Positions 45,569 through 56,531 are shown, counted from the stretch's first letter. The stretch is 64,000 nt of DNA from an uncultured Pseudomonadales bacterium (GCA_964406075.1 CAYOQI010000002.1:96565-160564); one strand, 5' to 3'. A program made the numbers and translations. The notes: generated from the letters alone by a model not told the origin.

Positions 45569-46864
45569 TTACTTTTCAGTATATTGCTTAGAAAGTAATG
45601 CGTAATACTTTGAATTTCTTGCAACAGTCGTCATAAGAAAACCAATAATACCTGTCGCAGTAAATACCAACGCAATTCCACGATCAGAACCTACCCCAAA
45701 CCACGGGCCAAGTAATTCAACCCCAGCCCCAGTCGTCATAAATGGGATGAAGATAAATTGAGTAAGCGGTCCAATAGCAAAGGCGGTCACCGGTGAAGCT
45801 GCTTGTTCCACGCTCTGAGCGAATCCGAATACTCGTCCTTGTCGTTCCGGTGGAACAACTTTTTGAATAATAGTATGTTCGGCTGCTTCAATATATGGAA
45901 CGACACAAAGATAAATAAACATACCTACAACAAGTAAAATAATTGAAGGATACGCAGTGAAGAAAATACAGATTCCCCAAATCACAAAGTTCGCTCCAAA
46001 AAGTGCGCGCAAAGGATTTTCACCTAATCCAAACTTGGCAATGACAAGTCCACCGATGATGAATGCGGTACTCAAGAATCCCCACAATAGTCCCCAAACT
46101 TCTACTGAAACGAGAGATAACCCATACGCATCCATGAGAGACATGAATACACCACCTAAAAAATTATTGAACATTGTAAAAAGTATCAATGCAGATAATC
46201 CGGGAACTTTCCCAATCGCTGCTATTGTTCCTTTAATGTCAATATTTTTAGGTTTATCTTCTCCGATATGCATTATCTTTTTTTCTGGAATATCTGAAAA
46301 CCAGAGATGAATGATAGTAATGGCTGTACAGAGAATCGCGAGAATTAAGACTAAAAACATTCCTGAATGCCCGACTAATATTCCACTAATTACTGAAGTA
46401 ACCAAAAAACCAATTCCCGAAACTGTTCCCACTAACCCATTCGCTTTGTCTCTTTTATCTTCATCGACCATAATAGTAACGAGTGTGGGAAGTGCAATTG
46501 TTCGTATATTTCCGGCAATCACACCAAATAAAAGAAGCGGAATAAAAATCCAAAGAATCACACTAGAAATAGATGTAAAGGACTCTGGCGGAGCAAACTG
46601 ATAAATAGCAAATCCAATAATATAAATGACAAGGGAAATAATACTGGAGGCCAGCATCACATCTTTTTTCTTGTTGTGGTCGACCAAACTACCAAACCAA
46701 AATCCAGTCAGTGCCGTTGTCACTAGGAAAATCCCTGACATCATCGATGTTGCAAACACAGATTCAGTTTGGAGATATACAAAAAAAACAATTGCAAACC
46801 AAACAGTGAAGTTGGTAATTGAAGAAATAAGAGTATTCGCAAGAAGTTGATAAAACGTTTTCAC
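45569..46864 (-). CDS. MFS transporter
   Basis: 431 aa with 12 TM and a GTG start. Confidence 0.85.
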   Translation of the reverse strand: MKTFYQLLANTLISSITNFTVWFAIVFFVYLQTESVFATSMMSGIFLVTTALTGFWFGSLVDHNKKKDVMLASSIISLVIYIIGFAIYQFAPPESFTSISSVILWIFIPLLLFGVIAGNIRTIALPTLVTIMVDEDKRDKANGLVGTVSGIGFLVTSVISGILVGHSGMFLVLILAILCTAITIIHLWFSDIPEKKIMHIGEDKPKNIDIKGTIAAIGKVPGLSALILFTMFNNFLGGVFMSLMDAYGLSLVSVEVWGLLWGFLSTAFIIGGLVIAKFGLGENPLRALFGANFVIWGICIFFTAYPSIILLVVGMFIYLCVVPYIEAAEHTIIQKVVPPERQGRVFGFAQSVEQAASPVTAFAIGPLTQFIFIPFMTTGAGVELLGPWFGVGSDRGIALVFTATGIIGFLMTTVARNSKYYALLSKQYTEK

Positions 46865-46870
46865 TTGGAG

Positions 46871-46879
46871 ATTATACCA
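46871..46879 (-). promoter_or_regulatory. Extended -10 box TGGTATAAT, 6 nt upstream of the MFS GTG start
   Basis: Minus strand reads TGGTATAAT-CTCCAA-GTG. Confidence 0.5.
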
Positions 46880-46998
46880 GATGATAAAATCATATTTAGT
46901 AAGAAAGCCGTATACCTAGACCATATGATAAATATAGTAACGAAGGAAATTACGTTACTGATATACTGCTATCATCCAGAGAAATTATCTCACTATTT

Positions 46999-48429
46999 GT
47001 GTCCAATAATTCAGAACAAAACTACGTACTCAAAAAGTATCTCCCAAAAATAACGGACTTCCTGGAGATAGTTTTCACGTCACAGTTATTCAAACTGTTT
47101 TTTATTACATTACTACTCCTCTTTTTCTTCCTTTTTTTATCACAAAAAGGACTCACTGAAGTCGGTATCCATGCCGATCTTGCTCGAGACTTGAATGAAA
47201 TGTCAAACCTGTGGTTGTGGCGAGTCGTATGGCTCGGGCCACAACTGAGTGCAGGCTTCCCCATTAGCCCTTTGTACTTCTATCTACACTTTCCTGGTTT
47301 ATTGATATCAGCGGGTAACGCAAACTCACTTATTTTTTCTCATGTTTTTTTTGCGATCTCAGCAATAGCTTTTTGGGCGTGGTCGGTACGAAAAAAATCA
47401 TTACTCACCATTGTTTTAACCGTATTTCCGATCACGTTGTTCCCATGGTGGCTCGAATCTTCGACAGAAGTGTGGAATGGACATATGTATGTCTCATTTA
47501 TTTTAATAACTTGTGTTTCGTTGTGGTATTCCAAATCATTTTTGATTTCTAGTTTTGCGTTTGGCATTGCATTGGCACTCCATCCTGCCTCAATTTTACT
47601 CGCTCCAATCATTGGATATGAATTTTTTACCCAAAAGAAAAAGATACGAAATATTCTTTTTCTGCTTTCTGGGATACTCATTCCATGGGTTCCCATCTTC
47701 GTATTCGAATGGATTACGAAAGGTTTACTGACTAGAAACTGGCTTGAACATCACGAAAACACTTTGACCTTTTTCGTGTATAGCCAAAACTATGACTCAA
47801 TATTTGGACACATTGGTATACCAAAATGGATCTCATTCTTTACATGGATAGGAGTATATTTTTGGACGGACAAGAAAGGAAAGGCATGGTGGCGGTTTTT
47901 TTCATCTACAGTTTTGCTTTTACTTTTTATTCGTGGCATCCATGAATATTACTTACTCGGACTTGTATGCGGAATGACTTTTCTTGCTATACAAACTCTT
48001 GCTTCGAAAAAATTTGGGAAACTTGTACTTCTTGCATTGTTATGCTTTTTTGGCTTTAAAGTATTTTCCACTCCATTTATCCCATCATCTCGTTCTATCC
48101 AATATATCGATGAAATTGTAAAAACAAGTATTACAGAGTTTGAACTTTCAACGGAAAATAGTTATGCCATAGTGAACATGCGCGATGAACTAAACTCCAC
48201 TCCACAAGCTGACGATTATCGTTTTTTTCTTCGCACCAAAGGGTTTGATGTGGTCAATACAACTGAACATCAAAGCGCAGATCGTCTACTTTTATTTATT
48301 GAGGTAGCTGAGTTTGATGGGAAGAACTGGAATGACAGCTGGCATGTGAACCAATTTGGTGAAAAGGAATTTGTGCAGGCAAAAACAATTGAAGGGATTC
48401 AAGTCGTTGAGTACAAGCGAAAAGAATAA
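46999..48429 (+). CDS. Polytopic GT-C-like membrane protein, paralog of 31019..32467
   Basis: 476 aa with more than 10 TM and shared loop motif HADLARDLNEMSNLW...LGPQLS...LYFYLHFP. GTG start is uncertain. Confidence 0.5.
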   Translation: MSNNSEQNYVLKKYLPKITDFLEIVFTSQLFKLFFITLLLLFFFLFLSQKGLTEVGIHADLARDLNEMSNLWLWRVVWLGPQLSAGFPISPLYFYLHFPGLLISAGNANSLIFSHVFFAISAIAFWAWSVRKKSLLTIVLTVFPITLFPWWLESSTEVWNGHMYVSFILITCVSLWYSKSFLISSFAFGIALALHPASILLAPIIGYEFFTQKKKIRNILFLLSGILIPWVPIFVFEWITKGLLTRNWLEHHENTLTFFVYSQNYDSIFGHIGIPKWISFFTWIGVYFWTDKKGKAWWRFFSSTVLLLLFIRGIHEYYLLGLVCGMTFLAIQTLASKKFGKLVLLALLCFFGFKVFSTPFIPSSRSIQYIDEIVKTSITEFELSTENSYAIVNMRDELNSTPQADDYRFFLRTKGFDVVNTTEHQSADRLLLFIEVAEFDGKNWNDSWHVNQFGEKEFVQAKTIEGIQVVEYKRKE

Positions 48430-48462
48430 ATTTTTATTTTTTTATCACGCTGATTTAATCAT

Positions 48463-49131
48463 TTATTTTAGTCTTCTTTGCTTTTTTAAAGAAAACCACA
48501 GTCCAATACGCATGAGCACAACAATTACAATAAAGCTGGAGACCAGCAAACTCGATGATGGACTTGTCTTCATACCACCTTCATACCACGTTACCCAACG
48601 AGCTCCTTTGAGGAGTACGACATGAAGAAAGACTAAAACCAGAGCAAAGTAACCCGTTCTCAAAATAAGTTTCCAATTATTACCGCCTAATTTGAGAGCC
48701 GAAAATCGGTTTGAGATCAATGACATTATAGTGAAGATAAGCAAGGCAACTGTCCCTGTTAATGGAGCCCATACGGCATTTTCTTTCCAAGTTTCAACTT
48801 GAATGAAGTCCATCATTGCCGACCACGAAAGTATAAGATGTACGACAGCAAATGCAAATCCAATCAATCCCAAATGTTTTCTATAAATAATTTTTGAGTC
48901 AAAAAAATTCCAGAAATAACAGAGGGCGCTTAACAACATCGAAAGACCAATTAAAATAGTAGCGGTATCAGCAACTGACTTATTGAGAACACCTGGTATC
49001 TTCAGCCATGAGGTGTATGTAAATAACCCTAGAAATATTGCTAATCCCAAAATTGTGACTCGTACATACAATTTCATTTCAGAATTGGAAGATACTTTTT
49101 TGAGTGGTTTTGAGGAAAATTTGTTCGGCAT
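48463..49131 (-). CDS. Six-TM ferric-reductase-like/MsrQ-like heme-b membrane protein (tentative)
   Basis: 222 aa with conserved His in TM helices (FAFAVVHLIL, LVFLHVVLL). Confidence 0.45.
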   Translation of the reverse strand: MPNKFSSKPLKKVSSNSEMKLYVRVTILGLAIFLGLFTYTSWLKIPGVLNKSVADTATILIGLSMLLSALCYFWNFFDSKIIYRKHLGLIGFAFAVVHLILSWSAMMDFIQVETWKENAVWAPLTGTVALLIFTIMSLISNRFSALKLGGNNWKLILRTGYFALVLVFLHVVLLKGARWVTWYEGGMKTSPSSSLLVSSFIVIVVLMRIGLWFSLKKQRRLK

Positions 49132-49201
49132 ACTTTTAATATGCTCTCCTCACACATTCCATTTCAAGTAGGAGTTTACGCATGAAAATAATCGAGTTCG
49201 A

Positions 49202-49564
49202 TTATTTTTTATTTATATTGAACTGGACAGCTTCTTTAATCAAATCCTTAACAGCATTTTCATCAATTGGGTCATTTTCAAAAAACTTTACCATTCGAGT
49301 TTTTTTTGCTTCTAGCCCTGCATTAAAAAGTTTGGACGTATCTTGTAAAGATGCCCCTTGAAAGAAATTTAATCCCACGCTGTCTTTAAATCCAGCTAAA
49401 GCACATACCATCCCATCATGTGACCATACACCTGTATCCCATTTCCATTCTTCAGTGATCGTAGGATCAGCTTCATGAATGAGTTTCCGTAATTTGGCAA
49501 AAACTGGTCCACGCCAATCATTGAGTTCCTTAATCCTGTTATCAATTTGTTGTGAAACTGTCAT
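49202..49564 (-). CDS. DUF1801 (YdhG-like) domain protein
   Basis: NDWRGPVFAKLRKLIHEADPTITEEWKWDTGVWSHDG. Confidence 0.75.
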   Translation of the reverse strand: MTVSQQIDNRIKELNDWRGPVFAKLRKLIHEADPTITEEWKWDTGVWSHDGMVCALAGFKDSVGLNFFQGASLQDTSKLFNAGLEAKKTRMVKFFENDPIDENAVKDLIKEAVQFNINKK

Positions 49565-50895
49565 ACATTTTTTGGTTGAATATTAAAATTATTTTTAAAT
49601 ACATTTTCCGGATCGTATTGCTTTTTTATTTTTGCTAACCGGGAATACGTTTCTTGTGGATATGCGCTGCGAATATCCTCGGTTGTATTCGTCGACAATA
49701 AATTCGCATATGTACCATCACCAAAAGTCGCAAGTGACTCCCAGGGCTTCATGGATTGAGTAATGACATCTTCCGTCGCATCTAACGGAGCAAAAGTTGG
49801 GCTAACAAGAAGTACTTCACTACTTCGATGAGGGAAAGCAGTTGCATCACTGGCTACCCTATTCATAGCTCCACCTAAACTTCGAATTTGTAAAATTGGA
49901 ATTGCAGTTTTACACAGTGTTTGAATTTGATCAATTAGTTCATCACTAAATTCTTTTACAAATATATTCTTCGCAATGATGTGTACACCTGCTGGTGGAT
50001 GAGCATCTTCTAGTACATCAGCGTATGCTTTTTCTTTAATATCTTCATGTACTACAGCACCCAACTTTCGAAGTGGTTCAATCGCTTTCATTGCCACAGC
50101 TTCATCTTCACCAGCATAACAACACATGATCATAATTCCTGGTGGATTCCCACCAAAAGATGGCATGACTAAGGCCGTACTATTCAATTCTTCGGGAGCT
50201 ACTCGCATCACTTCTCGCCAACCTTTTAAGATATTTGGTAACTCATCCAAACTATATGCCACCATTCCAGCAAAAACTTTTGATAACGGAGTTGCTGTAA
50301 ACTCAAAATACGTTACAATGCCAAAATTTCCGCCTCCTCCACGAATTGCCCAAAATAAATCTTGATTTTCAGCGGCGCTTGCTTTCAACACGTCACCATT
50401 TACTGTCACAACTTCAGCTGAAATTAAACAATCAATAGTCAGCCCAACTTTACGAACCAGCCACCCAATTCCACCACCTAAAGTTAACCCACCCACTCCC
50501 ACTGTTTTGGTATCACCGGATGACAGTGCTAAACCATGTTCTTTTAACTTCATTACCACATCTATCCATTTGGCTCCCGAACCCACACGAACAATATGTC
50601 TTTCAGTATCAATAATTTCAACAGAATTAATAGCAGACAAATCAATCACCATTCCGTCAGTATTCGTTCCAAATCCTGGACCACTATGTCCGCCACTTCG
50701 AACAGATAAATCAAGTTTTGAATCACGAGCAAATTGAATTGCGGAAATAACATCCTCACTCGTAGTAGGTTTCACAACCAATGCCGGAGCACCAGTATGC
50801 ATAAATACACCACTAGTATTTGCATATGCTGCATCAGCAGGTAAAATTATTTGTCCTGAAAATTTTTGTTTGAATGCATCAAAATTGAGCAACAT
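49561..50895 (-). CDS. FAD-linked oxidase (FAD_binding_4 + BBE-like C-terminus)
   Basis: RSGGHSGPG and C-terminal YDPENVFKNNFNI. ATG 50895 has SD AAGGGGAAA and is preferred over TTG 50916. Confidence 0.85.
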   Translation of the reverse strand: MLLNFDAFKQKFSGQIILPADAAYANTSGVFMHTGAPALVVKPTTSEDVISAIQFARDSKLDLSVRSGGHSGPGFGTNTDGMVIDLSAINSVEIIDTERHIVRVGSGAKWIDVVMKLKEHGLALSSGDTKTVGVGGLTLGGGIGWLVRKVGLTIDCLISAEVVTVNGDVLKASAAENQDLFWAIRGGGGNFGIVTYFEFTATPLSKVFAGMVAYSLDELPNILKGWREVMRVAPEELNSTALVMPSFGGNPPGIMIMCCYAGEDEAVAMKAIEPLRKLGAVVHEDIKEKAYADVLEDAHPPAGVHIIAKNIFVKEFSDELIDQIQTLCKTAIPILQIRSLGGAMNRVASDATAFPHRSSEVLLVSPTFAPLDATEDVITQSMKPWESLATFGDGTYANLLSTNTTEDIRSAYPQETYSRLAKIKKQYDPENVFKNNFNIQPKNV

Positions 50896-50961
50896 AATAT
50901 TTCCCCTTTTTATCAAAGTTGATAATTTTTACTGAATTCCCTTCAGAACAAATTCTGAGTA

Positions 50962-51372
50962 TTATTGTTTAGCTGAAAACTCCAACATCCAATTGAATCC
51001 ATATTTATCTGTCAGATCACCCATCGTTCCAAAAAACTCTTCACTCAGCGGGTGATTCACTTTCCCATCTTCAGAAAGTTTGGCAAAAAGCGAATCAATT
51101 TCTTCTTTGCTTTCACATTCAAAACACAAACTGACCGTTCCACCGTGATCAACTTTTCCCATCATTGAATCAGAGGCAAATATGCAAAAATCTTCTTTGA
51201 TAAATAAAGCTGCATGCAAAACATTCTTATGTGTCTCAGGAGGCATGGATGTTGCCATGGGCGACTCTCCAACTGTCTGCAATTCTAATTTTCCACCAAA
51301 TGTACTATGGTAAAACTCTATTGCTTCACGACAATTTCCATTAAAAAATAAATATGGACGTAGTCTTGCCAT
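50962..51372 (-). CDS. VOC-family PhnB-like protein
   Basis: RPYLFFNGNCREAIEFYHSTFGG and KYGFNWML. Confidence 0.75.
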   Translation of the reverse strand: MARLRPYLFFNGNCREAIEFYHSTFGGKLELQTVGESPMATSMPPETHKNVLHAALFIKEDFCIFASDSMMGKVDHGGTVSLCFECESKEEIDSLFAKLSEDGKVNHPLSEEFFGTMGDLTDKYGFNWMLEFSAKQ

Positions 51373-51398
51373 AGATTGCTCCTTTAATATAAAAACGA

Positions 51399-51872
51399 TT
51401 AAGCTTTACGAATATCTTTAAACAGTTCCAACGCTTCCTCTTTTGATACACCATGAACAATCTCAACTTCATACCCAATATCTGTAGCTAAATCTTCAAT
51501 TCTCAATTTTCGCTTACGCAATAAATGTGGTAAATCAGATCGCGAAATAGCAATCACAACTCTTGGAATTTTGGCTTGAAAAATTGCAGATGAACACATG
51601 AGACACGGCTCATTGGAGCAGTAAATCATACAATCACTTAACTCGTTTGTTTTCAGAAACTTACAAGCATCATCAATGACGTTGAGTTCAGCATGTCCTA
51701 AAACATTTTGTTCTTCTGCTTCAGTTCTTCGATTTTGTGCAATAACTTTTTCACCTTGGACAATCACTGCACCAAACGGCCACTCTCCTGCTTCTTTTGC
51801 TAATCTTGCTTGTTCAATTGCCAACTCCATGAAGTGATTATCATTCATATGATTTATTGTGCTATTAATCAC
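51399..51872 (-). CDS. Zinc-dependent nucleoside/nucleotide deaminase (CDA fold)
   Basis: HAELNVI and PCLMCSSAI. GTG start; alternative ATG at 51848. Confidence 0.8.
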   Translation of the reverse strand: MINSTINHMNDNHFMELAIEQARLAKEAGEWPFGAVIVQGEKVIAQNRRTEAEEQNVLGHAELNVIDDACKFLKTNELSDCMIYCSNEPCLMCSSAIFQAKIPRVVIAISRSDLPHLLRKRKLRIEDLATDIGYEVEIVHGVSKEEALELFKDIRKA

Positions 51873-51926
51873 CTCATTTTATGACATCTTTGTCTATTCG
51901 CGAATACAAGGTTTATTTACCCTATT

Positions 51927-52328
51927 TTATTTTACGTAACTTGGTTCCATCCACAGAATTTCCCAAATGTGACCATCAAGATCTTCAAAAGTTCGCGTAT
52001 ACATGAAACCATAATCTTTCGCTTCATGTGGTTCTTCGGCTCCAGCTGCTACAGCTTTATCAACTAATGAATTGACTTCATCCTTACTTTCACAAGATAA
52101 AGCGATCAAGACTTCGGTAGCCTTGTGCGCATCGACCAAATCTTTTTTAGTGAACTCTTTCATCTTGGGTTCGGTCAACAACATTGCATAAATATTCTCA
52201 CTGATAATCATGCTGGTAGCAGTTTCATCAGTAAATTGCTGATTAAAGGTATAACCAAGTTTAGTAAAAAACTCAGTTGATTTTTTTAAATCTTTCACTG
52301 CCATGTTCACAAAAATGTTTTTATTCAT
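51927..52328 (-). CDS. VOC/glyoxalase-family protein
   Basis: 133 aa with the N-terminus FVNMAVKDLKKSTEFFTKLGY and C-terminus FEDLDGHIWEILWM. Confidence 0.75.
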   Translation of the reverse strand: MNKNIFVNMAVKDLKKSTEFFTKLGYTFNQQFTDETATSMIISENIYAMLLTEPKMKEFTKKDLVDAHKATEVLIALSCESKDEVNSLVDKAVAAGAEEPHEAKDYGFMYTRTFEDLDGHIWEILWMEPSYVK

Positions 52329-52356
52329 ATCTTCCTTTATTCAATTTAATTATGAT

Positions 52357-52854
52357 TTATTTTAAACAGGCTTCTAATTTATTCAAAGAACTTTGCCATC
52401 CTTCAGTCATTCCACTTTTCAATAACGCTTCCATTTGAGCTTCTGTCGCAGGAGCTGGATAGATAATAGTTAATTTTGTTTTAACATTTTCTACGACTTC
52501 AAAAAGCACTGTCACCGTCGATTCTTCTGGAAAGTTTACATCTTGTCCTTGTTCAGAAGGTGCCATCATATTTCCTTCGGCATCAGAAAAATAATCCGTC
52601 ACAATAAGTTTTTCATTCGGGACAATTTCCTTGTAAACACCTGCACTATACATAACATTTTCCCATTGTGATCCTGGCTCTCCTTGCATAGCAAAAACAT
52701 ACTTTCCACCAACACGTAGGTCAACTTTAATTGAAGGTGCAGTAAACCCTTCTGGTCCCCACCACTTTTTTATAGTTTCTTCATCAGTCCAAGCTTTCCA
52801 AACCATTTCACGAGGGGCGTCAAATACCCGACTAATTATGATTGGTTGTAACAT
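52357..52854 (-). CDS. SRPBCC (AHSA1/Aha1-like) domain protein
   Basis: ISRVFDAPREMVWKAWTDEETIKKWWGPEGF. ATG 52854 has SD AAGGGG. Confidence 0.8.
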   Translation of the reverse strand: MLQPIIISRVFDAPREMVWKAWTDEETIKKWWGPEGFTAPSIKVDLRVGGKYVFAMQGEPGSQWENVMYSAGVYKEIVPNEKLIVTDYFSDAEGNMMAPSEQGQDVNFPEESTVTVLFEVVENVKTKLTIIYPAPATEAQMEALLKSGMTEGWQSSLNKLEACLK

Positions 52855-52878
52855 ACGCACCCCTTTGTCTTATTAAAT

Positions 52879-53220
52879 TTATAATTTAGCTTTTAGTTTT
52901 TTTTTACTTATGACCAATTTTTCCTTTTGTAAAAAAACATCTAAACGATCAAATCGTTCGTTCCATAGTTTTGACATTTTATGTGCCCAGCTTTCAAGTT
53001 CTAATATTTTTCTCGGATTAATGGTATACAAACGTAGCTGTGCTCTTTTCTCTACCTCCACTAAATGAGCTTCCCTCAATATTTTGAGGTGTTGGGAAAT
53101 GGCAGGAGCACTCATGGAAAACTGATTTGAAATCGAAGACGCTGATAATTGACCATGGCTCGCTAAGATCTCAATGATTTCGCGACGGGTAGGTTCAGCT
53201 AATGCATGAAAAACATCCAT
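52879..53220 (-). CDS. ArsR/SmtB-family transcriptional regulator
   Basis: FHALAEPTRREIIEILA...SAPAISQHLKILREAHLV. Forms the typical ArsR-SRPBCC pair. Confidence 0.85.
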   Translation of the reverse strand: MDVFHALAEPTRREIIEILASHGQLSASSISNQFSMSAPAISQHLKILREAHLVEVEKRAQLRLYTINPRKILELESWAHKMSKLWNERFDRLDVFLQKEKLVISKKKLKAKL

Positions 53221-53285
53221 GCGTAGATACTAAGCAAAGTGATTAATTAAGTCAACTCTTAAATAAAGAGTGGTTGAAAGAAAAT

Positions 53286-53744
53286 TTATGATCGCTGCTG
53301 TAGAGCTTCGTCTATCAGAAATATTTGATTTTTTCTCAGCAGTGGAAGTTTATCTTGAGCAAAAAACCCGTATTGGGATACTTCATGGGTCGGTGCAAAC
53401 TCCCCACCAATAAAAATCCCGGTGTAACACATATCCAACCGTGCACTGTCACGATCTGTACGTGTCTGCAAACGGTCATCAATACTCACAACTAACCCGG
53501 ATTCTTCTTTAATCTCTCTTTCAAGTGCTTCCCGAGGATGTTCACCAGCTTTCAAGTACCCACCAGGCAAACTCCACGCATGGGATCGGTAGACATGTTT
53601 GAAAAGTAGGACTTCTTTTTTATCATTAAAAATGATCCCGGTGATACCGACTAAAAATTGGTCTTGAAAAAACCGCATGAAAAAAAGTTGTACACCTTTT
53701 GGAAGATGAAGAATTTTCCAGATTTTTGCTAAAAAAGTTTTCAC
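53286..53744 (-). CDS. NUDIX hydrolase
   Basis: Nudix box GGYLKAGEHPREALEREIKEESGL. Confidence 0.85.
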   Translation of the reverse strand: MKTFLAKIWKILHLPKGVQLFFMRFFQDQFLVGITGIIFNDKKEVLLFKHVYRSHAWSLPGGYLKAGEHPREALEREIKEESGLVVSIDDRLQTRTDRDSARLDMCYTGIFIGGEFAPTHEVSQYGFFAQDKLPLLRKNQIFLIDEALQQRS

Positions 53745-54082
53745 AGTGCGTTACGATCTTTGGGTTCGTTATGAGAGTGTTTTAACTTTTCATTTTCTAA
53801 TTCAAGTTGATGCACTCTCTTCGTTAATTCCGCAACTTCATCTTTCTTTTTTTTGATCTTATTATCCTTCCCTCGAAGAACAAATGAGTTCGAGATGGCA
53901 TGAACAAGATACACAAGATACGACAAAACTAAACCAGTAAGCAATGAACCAATAATGACGTAAAAGAGTGGAATATTAGCAAGCACATAGGGTCCGATAT
54001 TCACCGAAACCAACGTTAGATTATTTTGTGCTAAATATGCCAGAACCGACCCTACAATCAAAAACAGTATTAAAATCAACAT
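53741..54082 (-). CDS. LapA-domain (DUF1049) membrane protein with coiled-coil tail
   Basis: Two TM followed by ELTKRVHQLELENEKLK. ATGA overlap with the downstream gene. Confidence 0.65.
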   Translation of the reverse strand: MLILILFLIVGSVLAYLAQNNLTLVSVNIGPYVLANIPLFYVIIGSLLTGLVLSYLVYLVHAISNSFVLRGKDNKIKKKKDEVAELTKRVHQLELENEKLKHSHNEPKDRNAL

Positions 54083-54145
54083 AAACTACCTTTTTTACTC
54101 ACCCTCTTATTTAATAAATGACTTACTATTTTCTACTGTTTCTAG

Positions 54146-54541
54146 TTATGCAACGGTTTGCTCTCGAGATAAAATCCTCACCAATTGAACAATTCCCCAT
54201 GCTAAAACTGCATACACGATTAAAGCGACTACGGTAGAAGGTTCAAAAACTGACGTCGTTTCAATCCCTTCTGTAAATCCCCTGCTAAATATACCTTCAA
54301 ACGGCATAGTGAAAAAACCACTTACACCATAGATAGCTCGTACAAATCCACTCGCAGTACTGGCTCCCATCAATTTAAGAACCAAACGAAAAGCTAAGAG
54401 AATATCTATGACACCAAGAATAAAGTAAATGATGTATTCAATAGTCTGTGTGTTTGTTGCCTTCACTGTAACTGGAGTCAGCACAACAGGATCAGTAGTA
54501 CCTTGTTGGGTATTAATTGTTTCTTTGATAATCTCTGCCAT
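54146..54541 (-). CDS. YggT-like membrane protein
   Basis: IEYIIYFILGVIDILLAFRLVLKLMGAS...FFTMPFEGIF. Confidence 0.55.
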   Translation of the reverse strand: MAEIIKETINTQQGTTDPVVLTPVTVKATNTQTIEYIIYFILGVIDILLAFRLVLKLMGASTASGFVRAIYGVSGFFTMPFEGIFSRGFTEGIETTSVFEPSTVVALIVYAVLAWGIVQLVRILSREQTVA

Positions 54542-54772
54542 ATCTTTCCTTTATATTAAATATTTACTTCTAAAGTTGTTATATCAACACTTCGGTATTC
54601 ACATCACTATACTCTTAAATACTCTCAAATATACCTACCATATGATTAGATACCACGATCTATCAAATAGATGTGAGAGTATTGTAAGGAAATGTTCACT
54701 AACAACGAAGTTATTCAGGAAAAATTAAAAAGTTGAAAATCAACAAAACAAGTACGTTCATTCAAAAAGATC

Positions 54773-55141
54773 TTATTTTTTCTTCTCTAAGTTTTTTTTC
54801 ACTCGAAACTTCACAATTTTTGCCACTAAATCATAAGGAATCGGTTTGTCTAAAGGAAAGGCAATTGTGCCTTTGCCAGTTTGGTAGATTGCCAATTCTT
54901 TTTTAAATTCTTCAATTCCTGAAGGAGCCGGATAAAACCCAATATGATTTTTATAACCTCCAAAATGAACCAAATTGCCGTATAACTTAAACGTGGGAAT
55001 ACCATATGCAATCGCTTCTTTTGCATCGGGTGCAGCTTTTTGAATTGTTTGGCGCATTTTTTCTAAAATGACTTGAATATTTTTAGGAAAAGTCGAGATA
55101 TACTCTTCAATACTACTGACATTTTTCATGACTGGAGTCAT
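54773..55141 (-). CDS. DUF1801 (YdhG-like) domain protein
   Basis: IEEYISTFPKNIQVILEKMRQTIQKAAPDAKEAIAYGIPTF. Confidence 0.75.
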   Translation of the reverse strand: MTPVMKNVSSIEEYISTFPKNIQVILEKMRQTIQKAAPDAKEAIAYGIPTFKLYGNLVHFGGYKNHIGFYPAPSGIEEFKKELAIYQTGKGTIAFPLDKPIPYDLVAKIVKFRVKKNLEKKK

Positions 55142-55238
55142 AGGTGGTGTAACTTAAGAAGTAAGTGAAATTAGTATAACAAAAAAAAAGAAAGCTGATT
55201 TTAGATAAACAAGTTTTTTTCAATTTCTCAATAAATAT

Positions 55239-56516
55239 ATGAAAGTTCTTCTCTTCGCCAATGTTGGGACTGATTATCATGGATACTATCATGTCGGCGA
55301 CGAAGCAATGTTTTTAGAAATCTCCCATTTTTATGCTTCAAACTTTCCGAAAGCCACAGTATCAGCACTCGTAAGCTTACCAATTCATCGGAATCAAAAG
55401 CTTATTCAACGTAGAGGGTCAGGATGGCCTGATAAAAAACTTCCAGCACTCAAATACTTTTTGACCTTTAACTTTAAAACATTAATTTGGAGAAAATTTG
55501 GCATTTCTTTTTTTACTGAAGAACAACAATCATATATTCAATTTATTCAAACTCAAGATTTCATTCATTTCACGGGAGGTGGGAATTTATCAAGCGAATG
55601 TGAACACTGGTTTTACTATGCGTTGTTTGTTATTAGCACCGCAAAAATGTTGGTCAAACCTGTCATTCTAACAAGTCAAACAATTGGTCCATTCTCAAGT
55701 TGGATTGATGTTTTTATCGCAACTCGTGTTTTAAATACTGTTGATTCAATTACTTTACGCGAACACTCAGATATTCAAGAAAAAAATTTAAAAAGATTAG
55801 GGATACGCCATCCACGTTTTTTACGATCACTTGATGCGGCGTATTTTTTGCCTGTATCACCAGAAATTTCCGAAACATCTTTCAGACTAAAAAAGAAAGT
55901 GCTTCGAATTGGATTATCACTTCATGAGAGAGAAAATAATGCGAAAGTTTTAGAAAAAATATTAAATTCTGCGTTGCTTCCAATTACAAAAAAAAATACA
56001 CCTGTCGAAATTTTGCTCTTGCCCCACATGCTCAATCAACATGATGAATGGGATACAGCTTTTATGCAGAAACTGATAAAAGGACTTCCAGCAACGTTTT
56101 CAATTATTATCCCGACGTATACTTCACTGGTAAACAACAAACTTGAATTCGCAACTCAGATCAAAGCTTTAACAAATACTTGTAATTTAGTAATCAGTAG
56201 TAGGTATCATGGGGTAGTTTTTTCACTTTCTCAGAATGTTCCTTGTATCAGTATTGTGGATGGTGAATATCAGCATATAAAAAATCTTGAAGCTCTGAGA
56301 TTTCTTTTTGATGAAGATGCAGAATCGTTTATCATTGATGCCCATGACCCTGAAGCAAAAAGAAAAGTGCAGACACTCATACGAACTACTTTGAAGACGT
56401 TACCTCAAATTCGAAAAAAATTGAGATCTCGGAATGCTATTCTTCAAAAAGAATATCAAATGTATCTTAACAATCTCGTTCAAGAGATTCGAAAGATTCA
56501 CACGTCACAAGTGTAG
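55239..56516 (+). CDS. Polysaccharide pyruvyl transferase family protein
   Basis: 425 aa with GYYHVGDEAM at the N-terminus and SSRYHGVVFSL near the C-terminus. Confidence 0.7.
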   Translation: MKVLLFANVGTDYHGYYHVGDEAMFLEISHFYASNFPKATVSALVSLPIHRNQKLIQRRGSGWPDKKLPALKYFLTFNFKTLIWRKFGISFFTEEQQSYIQFIQTQDFIHFTGGGNLSSECEHWFYYALFVISTAKMLVKPVILTSQTIGPFSSWIDVFIATRVLNTVDSITLREHSDIQEKNLKRLGIRHPRFLRSLDAAYFLPVSPEISETSFRLKKKVLRIGLSLHERENNAKVLEKILNSALLPITKKNTPVEILLLPHMLNQHDEWDTAFMQKLIKGLPATFSIIIPTYTSLVNNKLEFATQIKALTNTCNLVISSRYHGVVFSLSQNVPCISIVDGEYQHIKNLEALRFLFDEDAESFIIDAHDPEAKRKVQTLIRTTLKTLPQIRKKLRSRNAILQKEYQMYLNNLVQEIRKIHTSQV

Positions 56517-56531
56517 TATCATGTCACACCA